Counted from the first letter of the stretch, positions 39,082 to 52,700 are shown. The stretch: 64,000 nt of DNA from Phoronis australis (GCA_002633005.1 NMRA01000140.1:372001-436000), one strand, 5' to 3'. Numbers and translations: made by a program. The notes: generated by a model from the sequence alone, not told the origin.

Positions 39082-39232
39082 GTACAATTATATTGTATAT
39101 GTCATCAACCCGATGATAGGTCTACAATGATACCGTGTGACGAATGTAAACAGTGGTTCCATGCATTATGTTTTGGGTTAAACCAAGAACAGGCTATGGC
39201 TCTGCCTGAGTTTGAATGTTCCCTAAGTGTGT
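39082..39232 (+). pseudogene. PHD finger fragment
   Basis: LYCICHQPDDRSTMIPCDECKQWFHALCFGLNQEQAMALPEFEC(fs)PKC, a C4HC3 pattern; no intact start upstream. Confidence 0.85.
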
Positions 39233-39288
39233 GATTCACAGGGGAAATTGATCGGGAAAGGATACAACATTTTGTTGTATCTAGCAGA

Positions 39289-41188
39289 ATGTCGAATGAT
39301 AGAGGAGAGCAGTTGTGTAGAAGGGTAGCAGACGGTCCTGATGGAGTTCCTCAAGGGGGATGCCGGGGAGCCAGGGCGTCGGAGTGAGGAGCCGCCGAGA
39401 CGGGGAAGGTCCCCAACCAGCCGAAGGGAAGATTCCCGTAGGCGGAACAGGAGCCAGCGTGGAGCCTGGCGTCGTGAATAAAGACACCACCGGGAGGCTC
39501 GGAGCGGGTATATCGCCCAGACGAAGAAGAAGTCTGTTGGAAGCTGTAGAAAGAATTTGGCCGTGGGATGTCCCTATTGTAGCCAAGATCCGAGTGACGT
39601 GGCCCGGCAAGTAATGGACTGCCATCTGCCTCCTGGGGGTGTTGCTTGGGACGGGAACCCAGGACATCGTGGAGTCACGGAAAGGGGCGTGGTTTCTGCA
39701 CGATCTGGCCAAGGCTGTGGACGGCAAGTCGCCAATGGAGCTTGTAAAGAGGGTCTAAGAGAGCCGGTTTCAGGAGGAGGTTCAGCTAGTGTGTCAACAC
39801 GTGGAATTGGAGCGTCTGAGTCAGTGAAGTGTCGCTGGGGCGTGTGGACAGCTTGCCCTATATTGTTACATGCAGAAGTATTAGAGGGCTTTCACGAGTT
39901 ATCAGCTGATCAGGGTTGCGGGAAGAAGATGGCCAGGAGGGAAGCGTATCCCCTTTAAATGGCTGGGAGAGTTCCTGTTAGAGCAGCCCATGGAGACAGC
40001 GTCTTCAAGTGGATGTGATGCGGTACGTGGGAAGCCAGCGTCAAGGGAGCGTCGATGGCGAGTTCGGTGGCGAGCTCGTCGGGGGTTGATCCTCTTTCCC
40101 GAGGGAAAGCCATTGTAAGCGCGAAACCGGCGTCGAAAAGGGCATCGTGGCGAGTGGGCCTCGGACTCCTCCTCGGAGTTCGTGCGCTTCTTTGTCGGGG
40201 GTTACCGGAACAGAAGAAGCGAGGCAACCAAGGGAGTCGCCGCACCAGCTCCTGATGACGGTCATCAGAAGTGCTCAAGGAGGTGAGTTGAATTTGCCTG
40301 ATAGTGAAGACGAGAGTGACAAACCTTTAACATTGTCTGGTTTACGGCGGGTTGATCCTCAGGTAGCAGTTGAGGTAGCAGATGCGCACTTTCATGACTA
40401 CACTGGTCTATCCAGGGGATAATGTTCTAGATGTGTATGGACATCTAGGAACTTTGTGTGACGTAGAAGTAAATTTTGAAGATATCGGGGGAATAGCTGT
40501 TTTCAGGGATCCTGAAAGATGGGCCATGGTTTCGAATGTAAGGGATTGGGAAGAGTTTTGTGTCGTTCTAGGTTTACATCCAAAGTCGGTGACTATACAG
40601 GTATCAGATGACCATATGAGCACTTGACTGCAATACCAGGCTAATACATTGCTGCATTAGAGGAAATTGGTATTGATCTGACGGGACCATACATTGCAGA
40701 AGCTCGGGAATTGGATTGGTTATCAATGTAAGAACACTTGCTAAGATCAATATTGATAGAATGGGATCAGCCACGAGTGAGACGGGGTAGGCCCGTGGTT
40801 TTCCATTGTAAAAATGCTCCAAACTTGACCTCGACGAAAGACGCTGGGGGAAATGTTATGGGAAATAGCAAGGGACTCTTTGAATAATTCAATTACATTC
40901 GTTTCGGGGAGGACCAAAAACGGTAGAAAAGTGTTTAAGGTTCTTCCTAACACGTACTTTTCGGTATCCGGAGTTGGACTGGGTAGAATCCAGGGAGACC
41001 GAGCTCGTGGGATACGAGCTATTCCATGGGATCGGTTGTTGATCGAAACGGATGCGCCATACAATCACCCGAGTGAGACGGGGAGGTCTCATTCACATTC
41101 GGTGCTAATAGGGGAACGGTGCAAACAAATAGCGGAAGTCAGGGAAGTTAGTATAGGGGAAATTTATAGACTTTGGCGGGAAAATTAA
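39289..41188 (+). pseudogene. tatD: Decayed ORF with a C2H2-like motif and a C-terminal TatD-family nuclease domain
   Basis: Across frameshifts, in TatD order: DAHFH (40381), GLHPK (40571), ALEEIGID (~40654), RPVVFHC (~40789), LHSF (~40892), IPWDRLLIETDAPY (~41021), IAEVR...REN; upstream CPYC...HLP (~39569). No introns seen. Confidence 0.85.
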
Positions 41189-42583
41189 GAGGGAAGGAAG
41201 AACAAGGGAGAAAAAATATGCAATGAGTAAGAGAAAGGGATTATGTATTGTGTATGGGACTAATCGCATTGTAATCACTGTCAGTTTTTACAAAGTCCTG
41301 GTGTAAATTGGTAATGGAACGTGTGTGAAAATGACCCATGGCTATAAGCATAGCTTTCTTCAAATAGACTTCACTTGGAAAAATACAGCTTTCTTTAAAT
41401 ATCCTTCGATTTTGTCATCCGCGAGGATACATATGGGAAGGTTATTGGTGTTATGTTGTGATTCATGTGAATAGTAAATACACGCGTTTCAGGTATTGAA
41501 CAGAGCGTTACATGTGAAATGGATGCACTATACCTCACTCGCTCTTACTATGTTTCAGAATCAGCCAAGAAGACCCAGTAACGGGGGTATTTTAAAACTG
41601 GGGACTGTGGCTGGGGGGAATTTATTCGAAGTTTTATGGGGATTTTTGGGGTGTTATACGAAAGGGTTCAACTTGCTTAAAATTAAGAAAGAAAATATAC
41701 CTTTTATGACAGTCGGAACTGTCATTCGGACTATGCTAGTATTGGGTATATATTGGATAGTCTGAATCTTTTACCAATTTCTTGTTAAGATTATATTTTA
41801 TGGGAGTAGACTATCTACTGGGTATACATATGGGATAGTCTTGCAGATCTGAAATTTTAATGACTTAACTTTGTCTTTGGAAGTTGTTCCGATTGAGATC
41901 ATCTGGGGAGATATCATTTTTATTTTATTTTTAGAATTGAAGTACCAAAACCGTGGTAGATTATGATCGCAAGGTCAACTTAATTAGTTTAGTTAATTGT
42001 GAATCCATGGCTGAACTTTCCAGATTACAGCTACACTAAACATTTCACGGCAAACAAAACTGCACATGTCGTTAGTCCAAGTTTAATCTTTATTAGAACT
42101 CAAGTCATAAAATATATAGAAAAGTGCAAATATGGTGGTAGCCAAACTGAAGATTTGGAATCTCTAAACAATTTCAGCTGCACTGACTACATAACTATTC
42201 TAGCTTTTTGTCCGCCATAAAAATGAAGAGTGGGCACAAGTTCAGAACAACTGTTCTCTAGTCAAATATCTGGTTAAACGAGATTGAGTCAATGTTAAAA
42301 GAATGGTCAATGTAATGTCGTTAACTGAGATCAGCGTTTGTAAATCCACCGAGTATATTGATATGCGCGTCGTTTATCTTCAATTGTTCCAAATGATTGT
42401 AGCTTTTAGCTTTTAAGTTCATCGATTTTTAAAAATCGAAAACCATACTTGGCAAAACCGTTGTTTATTCCAGCTGAATACCGCCGTGGTGTTCGTTTTA
42501 AGAAAATTTTTGGTTATAGCATTTTGAAAATTCGTCAGTATGTACAGACTAAGATGTTTACTACAGTTTATGATCGGATAATT

Positions 42584-42818
42584 CATGCGCGCACCCAGGG
42601 GGCGGGGCTCAAAAAGGTACGCCTCAGAGAAACAAAAAGTCAGAGAAAAGGATACAAAAAGTCCACTAAAAAGGCGCAAACGCACAATTCACAGCTCTGG
42701 ACGTGGTACCCCGTTTTATTTATTTTTTGATTTTTTTAGTCCTTCGGCTTTTTTGTCGGTAAAAGGTCCCATCGTCGGAAATTCGAACCCCCTATATTAA
42801 AGGCTGGGTGCGCGCATG
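42584..42818. mobile_element. 235-bp MITE with perfect 15-bp TIRs
   Basis: catgcgcgcacccag ... ctgggtgcgcgcatg; TAATT on both flanks. Confidence 0.8.
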
Positions 42819-44083
42819 TAATTACTTGCTTTCACCGGACAATGCGGTCATCGCAACCGTATGATCCGACTATGGCGCCACGCTCTCTTTGATCATGGTA
42901 AAAGCCGTTCAGAAGTACGGCGTTAACCAATTTCAATTCAACACTCAAGAGTCCCCCGTTCTTTTGCGGTCTGTAGCGTTTGAGTCCATTAAGTCCTCTT
43001 GCGAAGCATCAGCGACTGAATAATGAGCGGGGCGGACACTTTCTTCCGAAACTCCGAGGATAAGGATCATCGTCACTAATCGTTTTGTATCAACTTGGTT
43101 TGGCTAGAGACTCCTACATTAATGTTTTAGTTGTGGCAACTCGGTCAACTTTCGTGATTGTGCGTTTTTCAATCTGAGTTTGCTAAAGTATATGTTTCAC
43201 TGAAGTGTCAACAGATAGAGCTAAACGAGAACTGTATAATTTCCTTTCCCATTGAAATCATGATTTTACCCCTATTTGTATCACACTTTAAGCCTGATAA
43301 ATGTATAGAGAAACAGGGACACGCCCCCCGAGACATTCCCTCCGCCGCTATAACTGCATGATCCGGACATATAATGGGCTTGCTAATTTTAGCGAGGCAT
43401 ACCCATGCATACACAGTTCAGTGAACTCGTGCAATTTACTCAGATCTTTCATCATTTTCAATGTAACTGTCGCAATTGGTTTATCATTCGAAATGGAAGA
43501 CTGGCACTTAAAAGAATGATGAAATACTCTTTTTAAGGTCGATTTGATATAACTGCTAGGAAGTGTGAATCTAATCCTGTAGATAAGGCGCGGGTCTAGC
43601 AACATTTCACCTTTACCCAGTGTAGAGAATTTAAGTGTATTAATTAAAACATTCAAAGACATAAATGAGATATTACCGATTGCAATGTCAGCAATGTAGC
43701 CTACGTAGATTTTCACGACCAACGATGATGTTTAGCGACGACAATGAGCAACGAGGAACTCTGATTTTTTTCGAAGTCGATTCTAGGCAGTTATTTATCA
43801 ATTATATTATAGGCTGGCTGCGTTATTAACAGGCCCTGTGATATGTATGTTTATTCACTACAGCAATTAACCTTTGAGACACTTGCTATCAGCGGTGCAG
43901 CTCTTTAATGCACTCCGTCACTCTCCCCTCTTGCAGTGTCGACGTGACTGTGCACTTTTTACCTGCCTTCTGTGCAAACAGTCACGTGACACTATGATGT
44001 GACCCCGGGGTTATGACCTGTGTACCCAAGGGTATTATCAACCGGTTCCTAAAATATCACGTCCACTGAGTAGACTGTCGCGA

Positions 44084-45664
44084 ATGATGGCTGGTGTAAT
44101 AACGAAATGTGTATTTCATTTAACCGTGCTTGTTCTTCAGACGCATATGTGTTACACAGGGCACATTCTACTGGCCAGTTCACCCATGTACAGCCACATG
44201 GCACAGCATGTTGCCATAGGAGAAGAACTGATCAAAATGGGCCACCGAGTCAGTATTGCGACAGCTGAGACGGTGTCGGTGAGTAAACTGTTGGGGAACA
44301 CAAAGATTTCTGTGGAACGCTTCAGACCACCACCGTCTCACTTACCACAGTTCTTCGGCAAGGATATGGATGATTTAGTCCATGACTCTGTGAACATGTC
44401 GATGATTCAGTTCCACAATGGGATGAATGAAAGATGTCTTGCTTATTGTGACGCCATGCTCTCGGACGAGGATTTCTTAAAGAGGCTGAAAAGTCAAAAA
44501 GTCGACTTAGTTCTGATTGATGCTTTAATTTTTACACGTTGCTTCGTTTTACTACCAAAAAAGCTTGGAGTTCCGTTTGTAGCTGAGACTCCAATACCCG
44601 AGTCTTTTCTGTCTGGAGCCCCATTTTGGCCCGTTGCACAGCCTAATGTGCCGCTGCGAGTACTGCCACATCAGATGAACTTCTTGGAACGCTTGCTAAC
44701 AGTTTTTGAAAGCATCTTCTTAAACTGTGTCGACTTCCCTGTCGGTGGAAGTTGGCTAATTACAAAACATCTTCCTCATGAAAGTGACAGCGTGCGCTAT
44801 CGAGATTTGATGACTGAATCTTTATTGTGGATTTATGGGTCAAAAGATCCAATTTTTGATTACCCAGGGGCTTTAATGCCCAACTCGTTAGTTGTGGGGG
44901 GACTCACGACGAATCCGGCTAAGCCTCTTCCTGACAATTTAAAGAACTTTATGTCTACTGCCAAACACGGTGTTATTCTGTTCTCATATGGATCGATCGC
45001 TAAAAAGATACCACTGATGTACTTACAAAAATTATTGGACGCTTTTTCTCGTCTGAAACAAAATGTTCTCATGAAAGTTCACGACCCTTCTGCGTTGCAA
45101 CCCAGTGCAAACGTCAGGCTCGAAAAATGGGTTCCTCAAAATGACGTGCTTGGTCACCCTAACACTAAACTGTTTATCACTCACTGCGGGTCTAACAGTT
45201 TGTATGAGGCCTTGTACCACGGCGTGCCACTGCTGGGGATGCCAGTTATGCCCAATGACCAACCGTACAATGCAAAAAAGATTGAACATAAGCGTTGGGG
45301 TTTGTGGCTTGATTTGCAGAACTTCACCTCTGACGACGTAGTGGAAGCCGTTACAAAACTTTTAGAAGATCCTGTGTATGCTCTGAATATGAAAAAGGCT
45401 TCATCAGCTTTTAAATCTAAACCGATGACACCGAGGAAAGAGGCCGCGTTTTGGATTGATTACGTCATGAAAAATGGCGGAGACTTTTTACGTCCTGTTT
45501 CGTTAGGTATGCCGTGGTGGCAGTCTTTAATGGTCGACATCTATAGCTTCATTATAGGTTCTTTATTATTGACGTCAGCGATTTTCTATTGGTGTGTGAG
45601 GACAGCCTGCAATAAAATTAGGAGAAAAACCCGAAAAGCTTCGGAATCAAAGAAAGACAACTAG
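44084..45664 (+). CDS. UGT: UDP-glucuronosyltransferase (GT1, membrane-anchored UGT), coding region intronless, 526 aa
   Basis: Signal peptide; catalytic His in YSH; signature WVPQNDVLGHPNTKLFITHCGSNSLYEALYHGVPLLGMP...DQPYNA; C-terminal TM helix and KKxx ER-retrieval end (KKDN). Confidence 0.97.
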   Translation: MMAGVITKCVFHLTVLVLQTHMCYTGHILLASSPMYSHMAQHVAIGEELIKMGHRVSIATAETVSVSKLLGNTKISVERFRPPPSHLPQFFGKDMDDLVHDSVNMSMIQFHNGMNERCLAYCDAMLSDEDFLKRLKSQKVDLVLIDALIFTRCFVLLPKKLGVPFVAETPIPESFLSGAPFWPVAQPNVPLRVLPHQMNFLERLLTVFESIFLNCVDFPVGGSWLITKHLPHESDSVRYRDLMTESLLWIYGSKDPIFDYPGALMPNSLVVGGLTTNPAKPLPDNLKNFMSTAKHGVILFSYGSIAKKIPLMYLQKLLDAFSRLKQNVLMKVHDPSALQPSANVRLEKWVPQNDVLGHPNTKLFITHCGSNSLYEALYHGVPLLGMPVMPNDQPYNAKKIEHKRWGLWLDLQNFTSDDVVEAVTKLLEDPVYALNMKKASSAFKSKPMTPRKEAAFWIDYVMKNGGDFLRPVSLGMPWWQSLMVDIYSFIIGSLLLTSAIFYWCVRTACNKIRRKTRKASESKKDN

Positions 45665-48600
45665 TACCCTTATTTAACTGTATTTGATAAATGCCAATAC
45701 TCTCACACTAGTCGTGGAAAGAAAAGCCCAGCTCTTCCCTGTTGTAATAATTTGAAGTAACGGAATGTCATATATGTCAGTGTTTGTATTAAATATTGTT
45801 GCAGAACACACGTGCGATGCCATTAGCATGCGCAGCCTTCCGAAAACGAATTAGAATGGTATCCGGAACGATGAAGCTCCGTTTAGGCAGCGCTGTGCAA
45901 TAACAACTAGTTCCCATGCATTACGTTCAGAGAATTTCGTAATCAGAATGCATCTCCGAAGGTCAATGTTATGTTACGATTTATTCGGGCTCTGTAACTT
46001 TTTAAAACATTATAAGAACCCTCGCACTTGCAACGAACATTGGGGTCCAATCGAAATATGACTTCCAAGATTCCTTGTGTCCATTTTAATTTCTCTGGAA
46101 AGTGTCCAGAAATCTTTACTCTAGGAAGGCACACAATAAATATTCGAAAATGAGGAAAATCGTGTGAACGCGGTAAAATTCACTATTTTCCCTCTGGCCC
46201 TACTTAAAATGTCAAGCAAAAATAATCTCAACGAAGTGCAATGCACAATCATACGAAAACCAGTAAATAAAAATAAACATAATAAAAAATAAGAGCACAA
46301 ATGATAAAAGACATCAACACGGTGTGTTGATATGTGAGCCCATTGCATACAGTCCTCATCATTTTAAACATTGTTTCCACTAAACGAAGCAATCCAGTAA
46401 ACTTACAGAATCAAGCGGATACAAAGCATGATTAGAAGTGCTCTCCTTATCAGGACCACACCTGCCACCTTTCATCATAATTTTTAAAAAAGTAATAAGG
46501 CACGCGACAAAGGACAATAAGGGGCGCAACGTGGTGTAGGTTAAACCCATCTAAAACAGGGCAGGCTTTGTCGCCTACTTGAGTCAGATCTGTCCGAAAA
46601 TTCACTCATCTACGATAACAGGAAGACATTAATGGTAATGTCCCAAGCAAAGTTCTCCGCAAGAGCTCACCATCTACATTCGATGAATTTCTTCTCACTC
46701 TCACAACAGCACCCTCAGTTCGTGTTGCAATCAGTTATTCGTTTACTCAACTTGCAGTCAATGTACGGTGAAATCTCAGCAATGTAGGGAACAATATGGC
46801 TGACAACTAGAAATTCAACTAAATTCATTTTATTCATAAAAGATGCGAGCAGCACCTGATAAACGACATATCATTTCGAAGTTCTCTTCCATAGGTTCTA
46901 TGAGAGAGAAGCTTTAAGAACATGAGGGCATCATCATATTCAATATTCAATATTAGAAGACTTTGAAATACACCATTTTTACCTTCAGTGATCGAAATTG
47001 ATGAGATTTTACCGTTTTTTATTTTAAGCGACATTGAGCCATTGCATTGTGTCGAAAACCAATGTGATTTAGATCACTGAAAGTTATAAAATAAGGGAGC
47101 GGGACAATGTCAACGAGCCAATCCAGGTATGCAGCAAGGACATCTGTTGTCGAAAATCATGATTCTATCTTTGGAGTGCAGGGATTCCCAGACACTCTTC
47201 TACAAAGAAGATACGAAAGACAAAAGCGCGCGGCTACCAAAATTCGATCAGCTGGACGTTAAGACTTATTTGTGCAATGGATTGTGGAGATGAAACTGCA
47301 GAAAAAGAATTTTTTAATGTTTATTGTGAAATTGTCACAGAAAGTGCCAACAGGCTTATATATAAAGATATATAAAAATATACACAAATACATGAATAAA
47401 ATGTTAAGATTACAATGACATGATGGTAATGAATTTAAATAAATCATTTTCATTCACAATAAATAATTTCACATGTATACAATTTATCTACTCACACAAA
47501 GAGTTTACTCACACGGAGTAACACAGAGATTTAATATTAAAACGGAATTTTGAAACTATTTCGAATAAAACCTTATTTTCATTTAGGTTGAGCTCCAATT
47601 TACATCCACTTAGAAAAAAACTGAAGATCTGAATATTTTTTGTAAACATAGTCAGATTTTTTTAGTGTCTGGAAAAGTGGGTCCCTCTGCTCTCCCCACA
47701 TACCGCACAGGGAAGCAAAGNCCAAGCTCAATAGGTGTCAGGTCACGACGTGAGTGTTTCAGCTCGCACTCGAAAATTCGAGACATTAACACATTGAATT
47801 TGTCAACAAAGACGATTTATTGTAATCACTTTCACTTCTGACATGGTGACAGTACTGCCGCTTTGGAACGTCAATTTGCCGGCGAACTAGAAAGTTGTTT
47901 TGGAAACGATAATCAGTCAATAGGCGTAACGTAATCTTAGCTTTGTCAATTCTTAGCATTTGCGGATTTTTACGTTCGAGGTGTTTACTAGTATTACTTT
48001 GTTAAGATGACATGGACGGCTGTACGTTTTACACGAAGTCTTGCAAAAAGAATGTTCTATTTCTGTCCCCAAAAATCTCGTGTTTTTATGACAGATTGTT
48101 TTTAATAGCACAGTTTAACAACTACTCATACAAGGCAGTATTGGTTTGATTCAAGAACACGTCCCTATTTGATTAAAAAGAACATAATTTAACGTGGTCC
48201 TCTCAATGCCTGAACTGTGTTTGGGGTAAGCCGTGAGGTCAATGTTTGCGTGGAAAACACGAATATCCAACCATGAATGTCATATTCGAAATTTCTCGAA
48301 GAACTTAGACTTGTAGACTTTTTGTATGTAATTAGATTACACAAATCTCAGGCAGTATTTCTGAAGAATGTATTAACGTTGATTGTAAAACTTTCATTGT
48401 ATATCAGGAGCAATCCTAATAAATTGATACGTGTACGTAACGAAACCAGTTTGATTTCTCTGAAAATAACTGACATTCCTGTAATTGAAGCTCATTGTCA
48501 TTGTCAGTTGAAAATTGGTTCTAGAGTGACAACTAAAAGGACACATATAATAACCTATCTGTGTATTTATATCAAAGAATGTAGTCTCCAAACCCTTTGT

Positions 48601-49194
48601 GAGTAAAAACTCGCACACGTTAGCTATATGTTGCCACCAACAAGCGTTCAAATACACATAGCCCATTTACTCTCATAAAAGCGATTTCAATGTTCTTGTT
48701 GGGGCAGCCGAAATAGAATCGTATCATGCCACGGAACAATATCACGGGTGAGAAACAACATGACCGCCGGTCCTCTAAATCGGACTGACTCACCCAAAAC
48801 AGGAATAAGAGACCGATTTTATGAGGGTATAGGCCATATTCGATTTTTGGTTTTTATTCGGATAAACTATGCGAGATGCGACTTTAAATGTGTCCCATAA
48901 CGTTTACACGGCCTATATATATACATGTATATACTATAAAAGATGCTACATTAAAAGTTTCGCTTTACCAGACGAGCTATTTTAATAGATATCAGTGCAA
49001 AAGCATCTGGAGAGCGATAAGTGTTCTTGAAATCTAATAAAGGCCAGTTCCGACATCTTCGGTCGTTAAACTCGTGGTGTAAGCCTTAGACTGTTCTGCA
49101 CTGCATTGGAATTGAATGGTAAGCCATCACTTGAAGAGGATTTGCGGGTCACATTGTGTTTTTCTGACATGCTTAAAGTGTTATTAACAGATTA

Positions 49195-49353
49195 AGTGGC
49201 GGATTTAGGAGGGGGGGGCGAGGGAGCCATGTCCCTTCCTAAAATTCTCCCAGATTCCATTTGGCAGTTCGGAAGTGCAAATGTTTGACAGACAAAATCC
49301 TGGTTAATACTCTTCCGTGGCCCCCCTAACTCAAAATCCTGGATCCGCAGCTG
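49195..49353 (+). mobile_element. ~155-bp non-autonomous DNA element (GCGGAT..ATCCGC family)
   Basis: agtggcggatttagg ... cctggatccgcagctg; homologous to the 8358 and 52980 copies. Confidence 0.75.
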
Positions 49354-49702
49354 ACATTGCCGTGAACTTTCCATTTGTCGCTGTTACCTCTGTTTCTAAC
49401 AGCCCCTATCCAAAAATGTTGGCATTCTTTTTCAAAAAACATATACAGAAAACGTTCCCTGCTGGGGTTACTAGTAAAAACTATAACTTTCAAATTTAGG
49501 TATGATACGGCTTCAACCGGTTTTGGAGATCGGAATATCGTTTCTCTTATTGAAAAAAAGAAGAAAGCACGCTTTAATAAGACCCAATTTTTCAGTTTCT
49601 TCGAGTAGTATTTGGCACAGACATTTTGTTGATTTGCCATCGCGGCTATTTGAAGTTGTTCAGTTCGCGCTGTCTTTCCCCTTGTTACAGATCACTTGGA
49701 AA

Positions 49703-52700
49703 ATGTCGTTATTCACGAGCATCCAGACGTCCCGTCCGTGGCTCTATGCGAGTAAGTCGTCAACAGCTTTTCAAACAGAACATTTATAGCCTATTAGGTT
49801 GGCCAGTCTAATTCTCTCACGAACCGCATGCCTTTTCAATAACAAAGAGCTTTTTCCATAACTGAGTACGGTTTTTTCACAATTCGTTTCTTTCACCTTG
49901 AACCACAGATGTAGACTAATGGCGAGTACATAGATATCTTAATACTAATGTGGTGTCTATAGTTCAGTATAGCAAGACACCTAAGTCACACGGTATTTCA
50001 GTCAAAGTGCTTAAAACCACATTGAAATTTCGTTTTGAAAAGTGCCAACATCATTAAACCGTCCTTCATAGCTATGCATATCATAATTGTGAATTCAATA
50101 TTTCAAAAAAAACGAGAAAATAGAGGAAATTTGGCTTCAATTGAAAGTTCTTTAGGTCCAAAGATATGAGTGTGACGTATGAACGTACCCTGCAGCGCCA
50201 AAGTGTCATGTCCGGCACCAACACGCCTCGCTGGTAGTTCCCTGCGTGCCGCTAGGTGGTCAGTAGCCAGTACGCTGGCTAGGCACGCAGGGAACCAGCG
50301 ACTGGAGACCAACACGCAAGTTTCTTGTAAAAACTGAGCCATATCTGCACTTTTACGGTGTCCCGCGGGAAACTAAAAAGAGCCACAGCGTGGTCAAGTA
50401 GTAATTGTCAGAACACCAAAAACGCAACGCCTCGCCACTTCTTATTATAGCCTAAACCACGAAAAGCAAGAGGCAATATGTGACGATTTTCACTCTAAAC
50501 ACAATTACGGCGGATGACAAGTGTTGTGATTGGTTGTTCCAATTTTACGTAGTATGTTTCCACCAATAAATGCTTGTAACTCGAAATCAGCTAATTAACA
50601 TATCGTCAGATATTGTTTGCGGTTATATGTTCTAATTCTGCAGCTAATCGACTCGTGGGTTGTTTTGGGTTTTTTTGACATAAAAACTGGTGAAATCAGT
50701 GATAACTGTGACTTCAAGTGCGTAAAGACGTTGAGAAATGGTCAAAATGACAACAATAGGTTGTTTGTACGTTCGTACTATGATGCCATTTTAAATGTAT
50801 AATACCGCGCGACACTCATGTCCGCTTTGTCATTACGTCATGGTATCACAAATAAACTTTCTTCAAAAGATTGACACAAACGACAGGATTTCACCCATTC
50901 ATGTGCTTTTAACAAAATCTGGTTAGCAGGAAGCCATGATGAATTTTTATACAATTACCAAACCAGTGATCATAAACTCACCGAAAGTAGTATTTCTTAA
51001 AACCACTTTGCGTAAAAACATACTTGGGGAGAAACAAGCAGGGTCAGCGAAAGGCCCCGTTAGGCGTCGCTTCGCCCTTGTCGCGTTGTTTGAACTAGAC
51101 AGTATGTTTATGATTTCAGTTTTCTGTAAATGCCGCACTGAAAACCACTTCATTTTGTCAAGAAAAGTACAAGATCTCTGTTTATACTTTGCAGCCTTTC
51201 CACTGGTTCTATTGTCACTATCATCCATAGTGTCGTCTCAAGAACAGGGCAGATGCCCAGCAGATGGCGTGCTATCCTACTCATTCGCACGTCGATTTGC
51301 GAGGAATTCTTTCATTGATCTGTGGAACTGCCAGATAAGTAGGATTCCTGGTACGAGTTATACATATACTACCGTACTAGAGTTTCAGTACATAATCCCG
51401 CGACTTATATTTTGGGAAATGACGTTTGCTGGACCTATAATTCAATTCCAACGCCACTCCCAACGGAATCCAGCACCACGGTGGCTTGGATTACTTTGGC
51501 CGGAGTTGTTTGAATGGAAAATTGGAACATTTGGTAAGATACAGTAACGGTAACCGTTGATAAAAAATTGGAAGGAGGGATTTTTGGTTGGAAAACTCCA
51601 GGTTTTGTTGAAAGCGTGAAGTTCAACCATGTTGTTCATTCATTGACTTTGGATGGTGCTAAGCGTATTTCCGGAACGCACCTTCGTCAGGGATTGTCTG
51701 CAGAAACTCATGATTTACGTTTTGTACTGATTCGAGTAACAATGTTGCCTTAGTGTATAACGTAAACGTACGTAGACCAAGACGAGATCTCGTATTTGGT
51801 AACTTTATTGAAAGCTGCCTTTCACCCTGTTTAGCTGGCTAAAAACAAAAATCTAGGTCATTTAGCATATTTTCATAAAATTCGTCTCTTAATAGTTTTT
51901 TTTTCGGGATAGGATTCTATTTCCGTTACTAACTCAATTTATAAGCATTGCGTGCTTGAGCCATTTGCGAATTCGCACTTTCCTGACCCGAGTAAACTCC
52001 AAAGGAGTTTTCTTGCATTGAGTCGTTGTTGGTTTCGATGCTGGCGTTGCAGTAACCCCATCCTCGCAAGCAATAACGATGTGACCAATTTTATGAGAGT
52101 ACAATGGCCAGCTAAATAGGGCGAAAGTTAGCTTTGAAAATTAGTAAACACTTTATTGTAAGGATGATATTTGAATTATGGTAGCGCATATCTACATTGT
52201 AAAAATGTAGCACAGTTTGTAAGCATCGTTACTATAATTCAATCTAGAAATCGGCGGTGACGATGGTGACGGTGGTGGTAATTACTGATGTTTGCCTTGC
52301 AGAGGGCGCATTCAATGACATCAATGCCACGTTATATTCAGTAACAATGAAACGTAACCGACTCCTACGTTTACGACTAGGCACCTTCCGCGGGCTAAAC
52401 ACGATGAGATTGGAACTAACGGAAAACAGAATCCGACGGATCGAGGACGGGTCATTTGAAGCACTGGGCAACAAGCTTACCTCGCTTGATCTCAGCAGTA
52501 ATCGCATGAAAGTTATTTCAGCTGGGATGTTTAGAGGTCTGGTGAAACTCAAATGGCTTCTTTTGGGTTACAATAAAATAAAAGTTATTGGCAATGGAGC
52601 ATTCAGACATTGCCTGTCGCTAACTGATCTGAGACTGTACGAGAATAAAATAACGTCTGTGTCAAAGGAAACTTTCACGGGCTTACCCCGCTTGACAAAG

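Noticed and set aside
39281-40278. Minus-strand 148-aa and 107-aa ORFs
   Set aside because: Shadow frames of the GC-rich + strand Zn-finger/TatD pseudogene.
46400-47250. Coding-like relic downstream of the UGT
   Set aside because: Interrupted frames on both strands with no identifiable motif.
50936-51547. 203-aa ORF as a standalone gene
   Set aside because: Only 51195-51350 is bounded by splice sites and fits the LRR gene; the rest reads as open intron.
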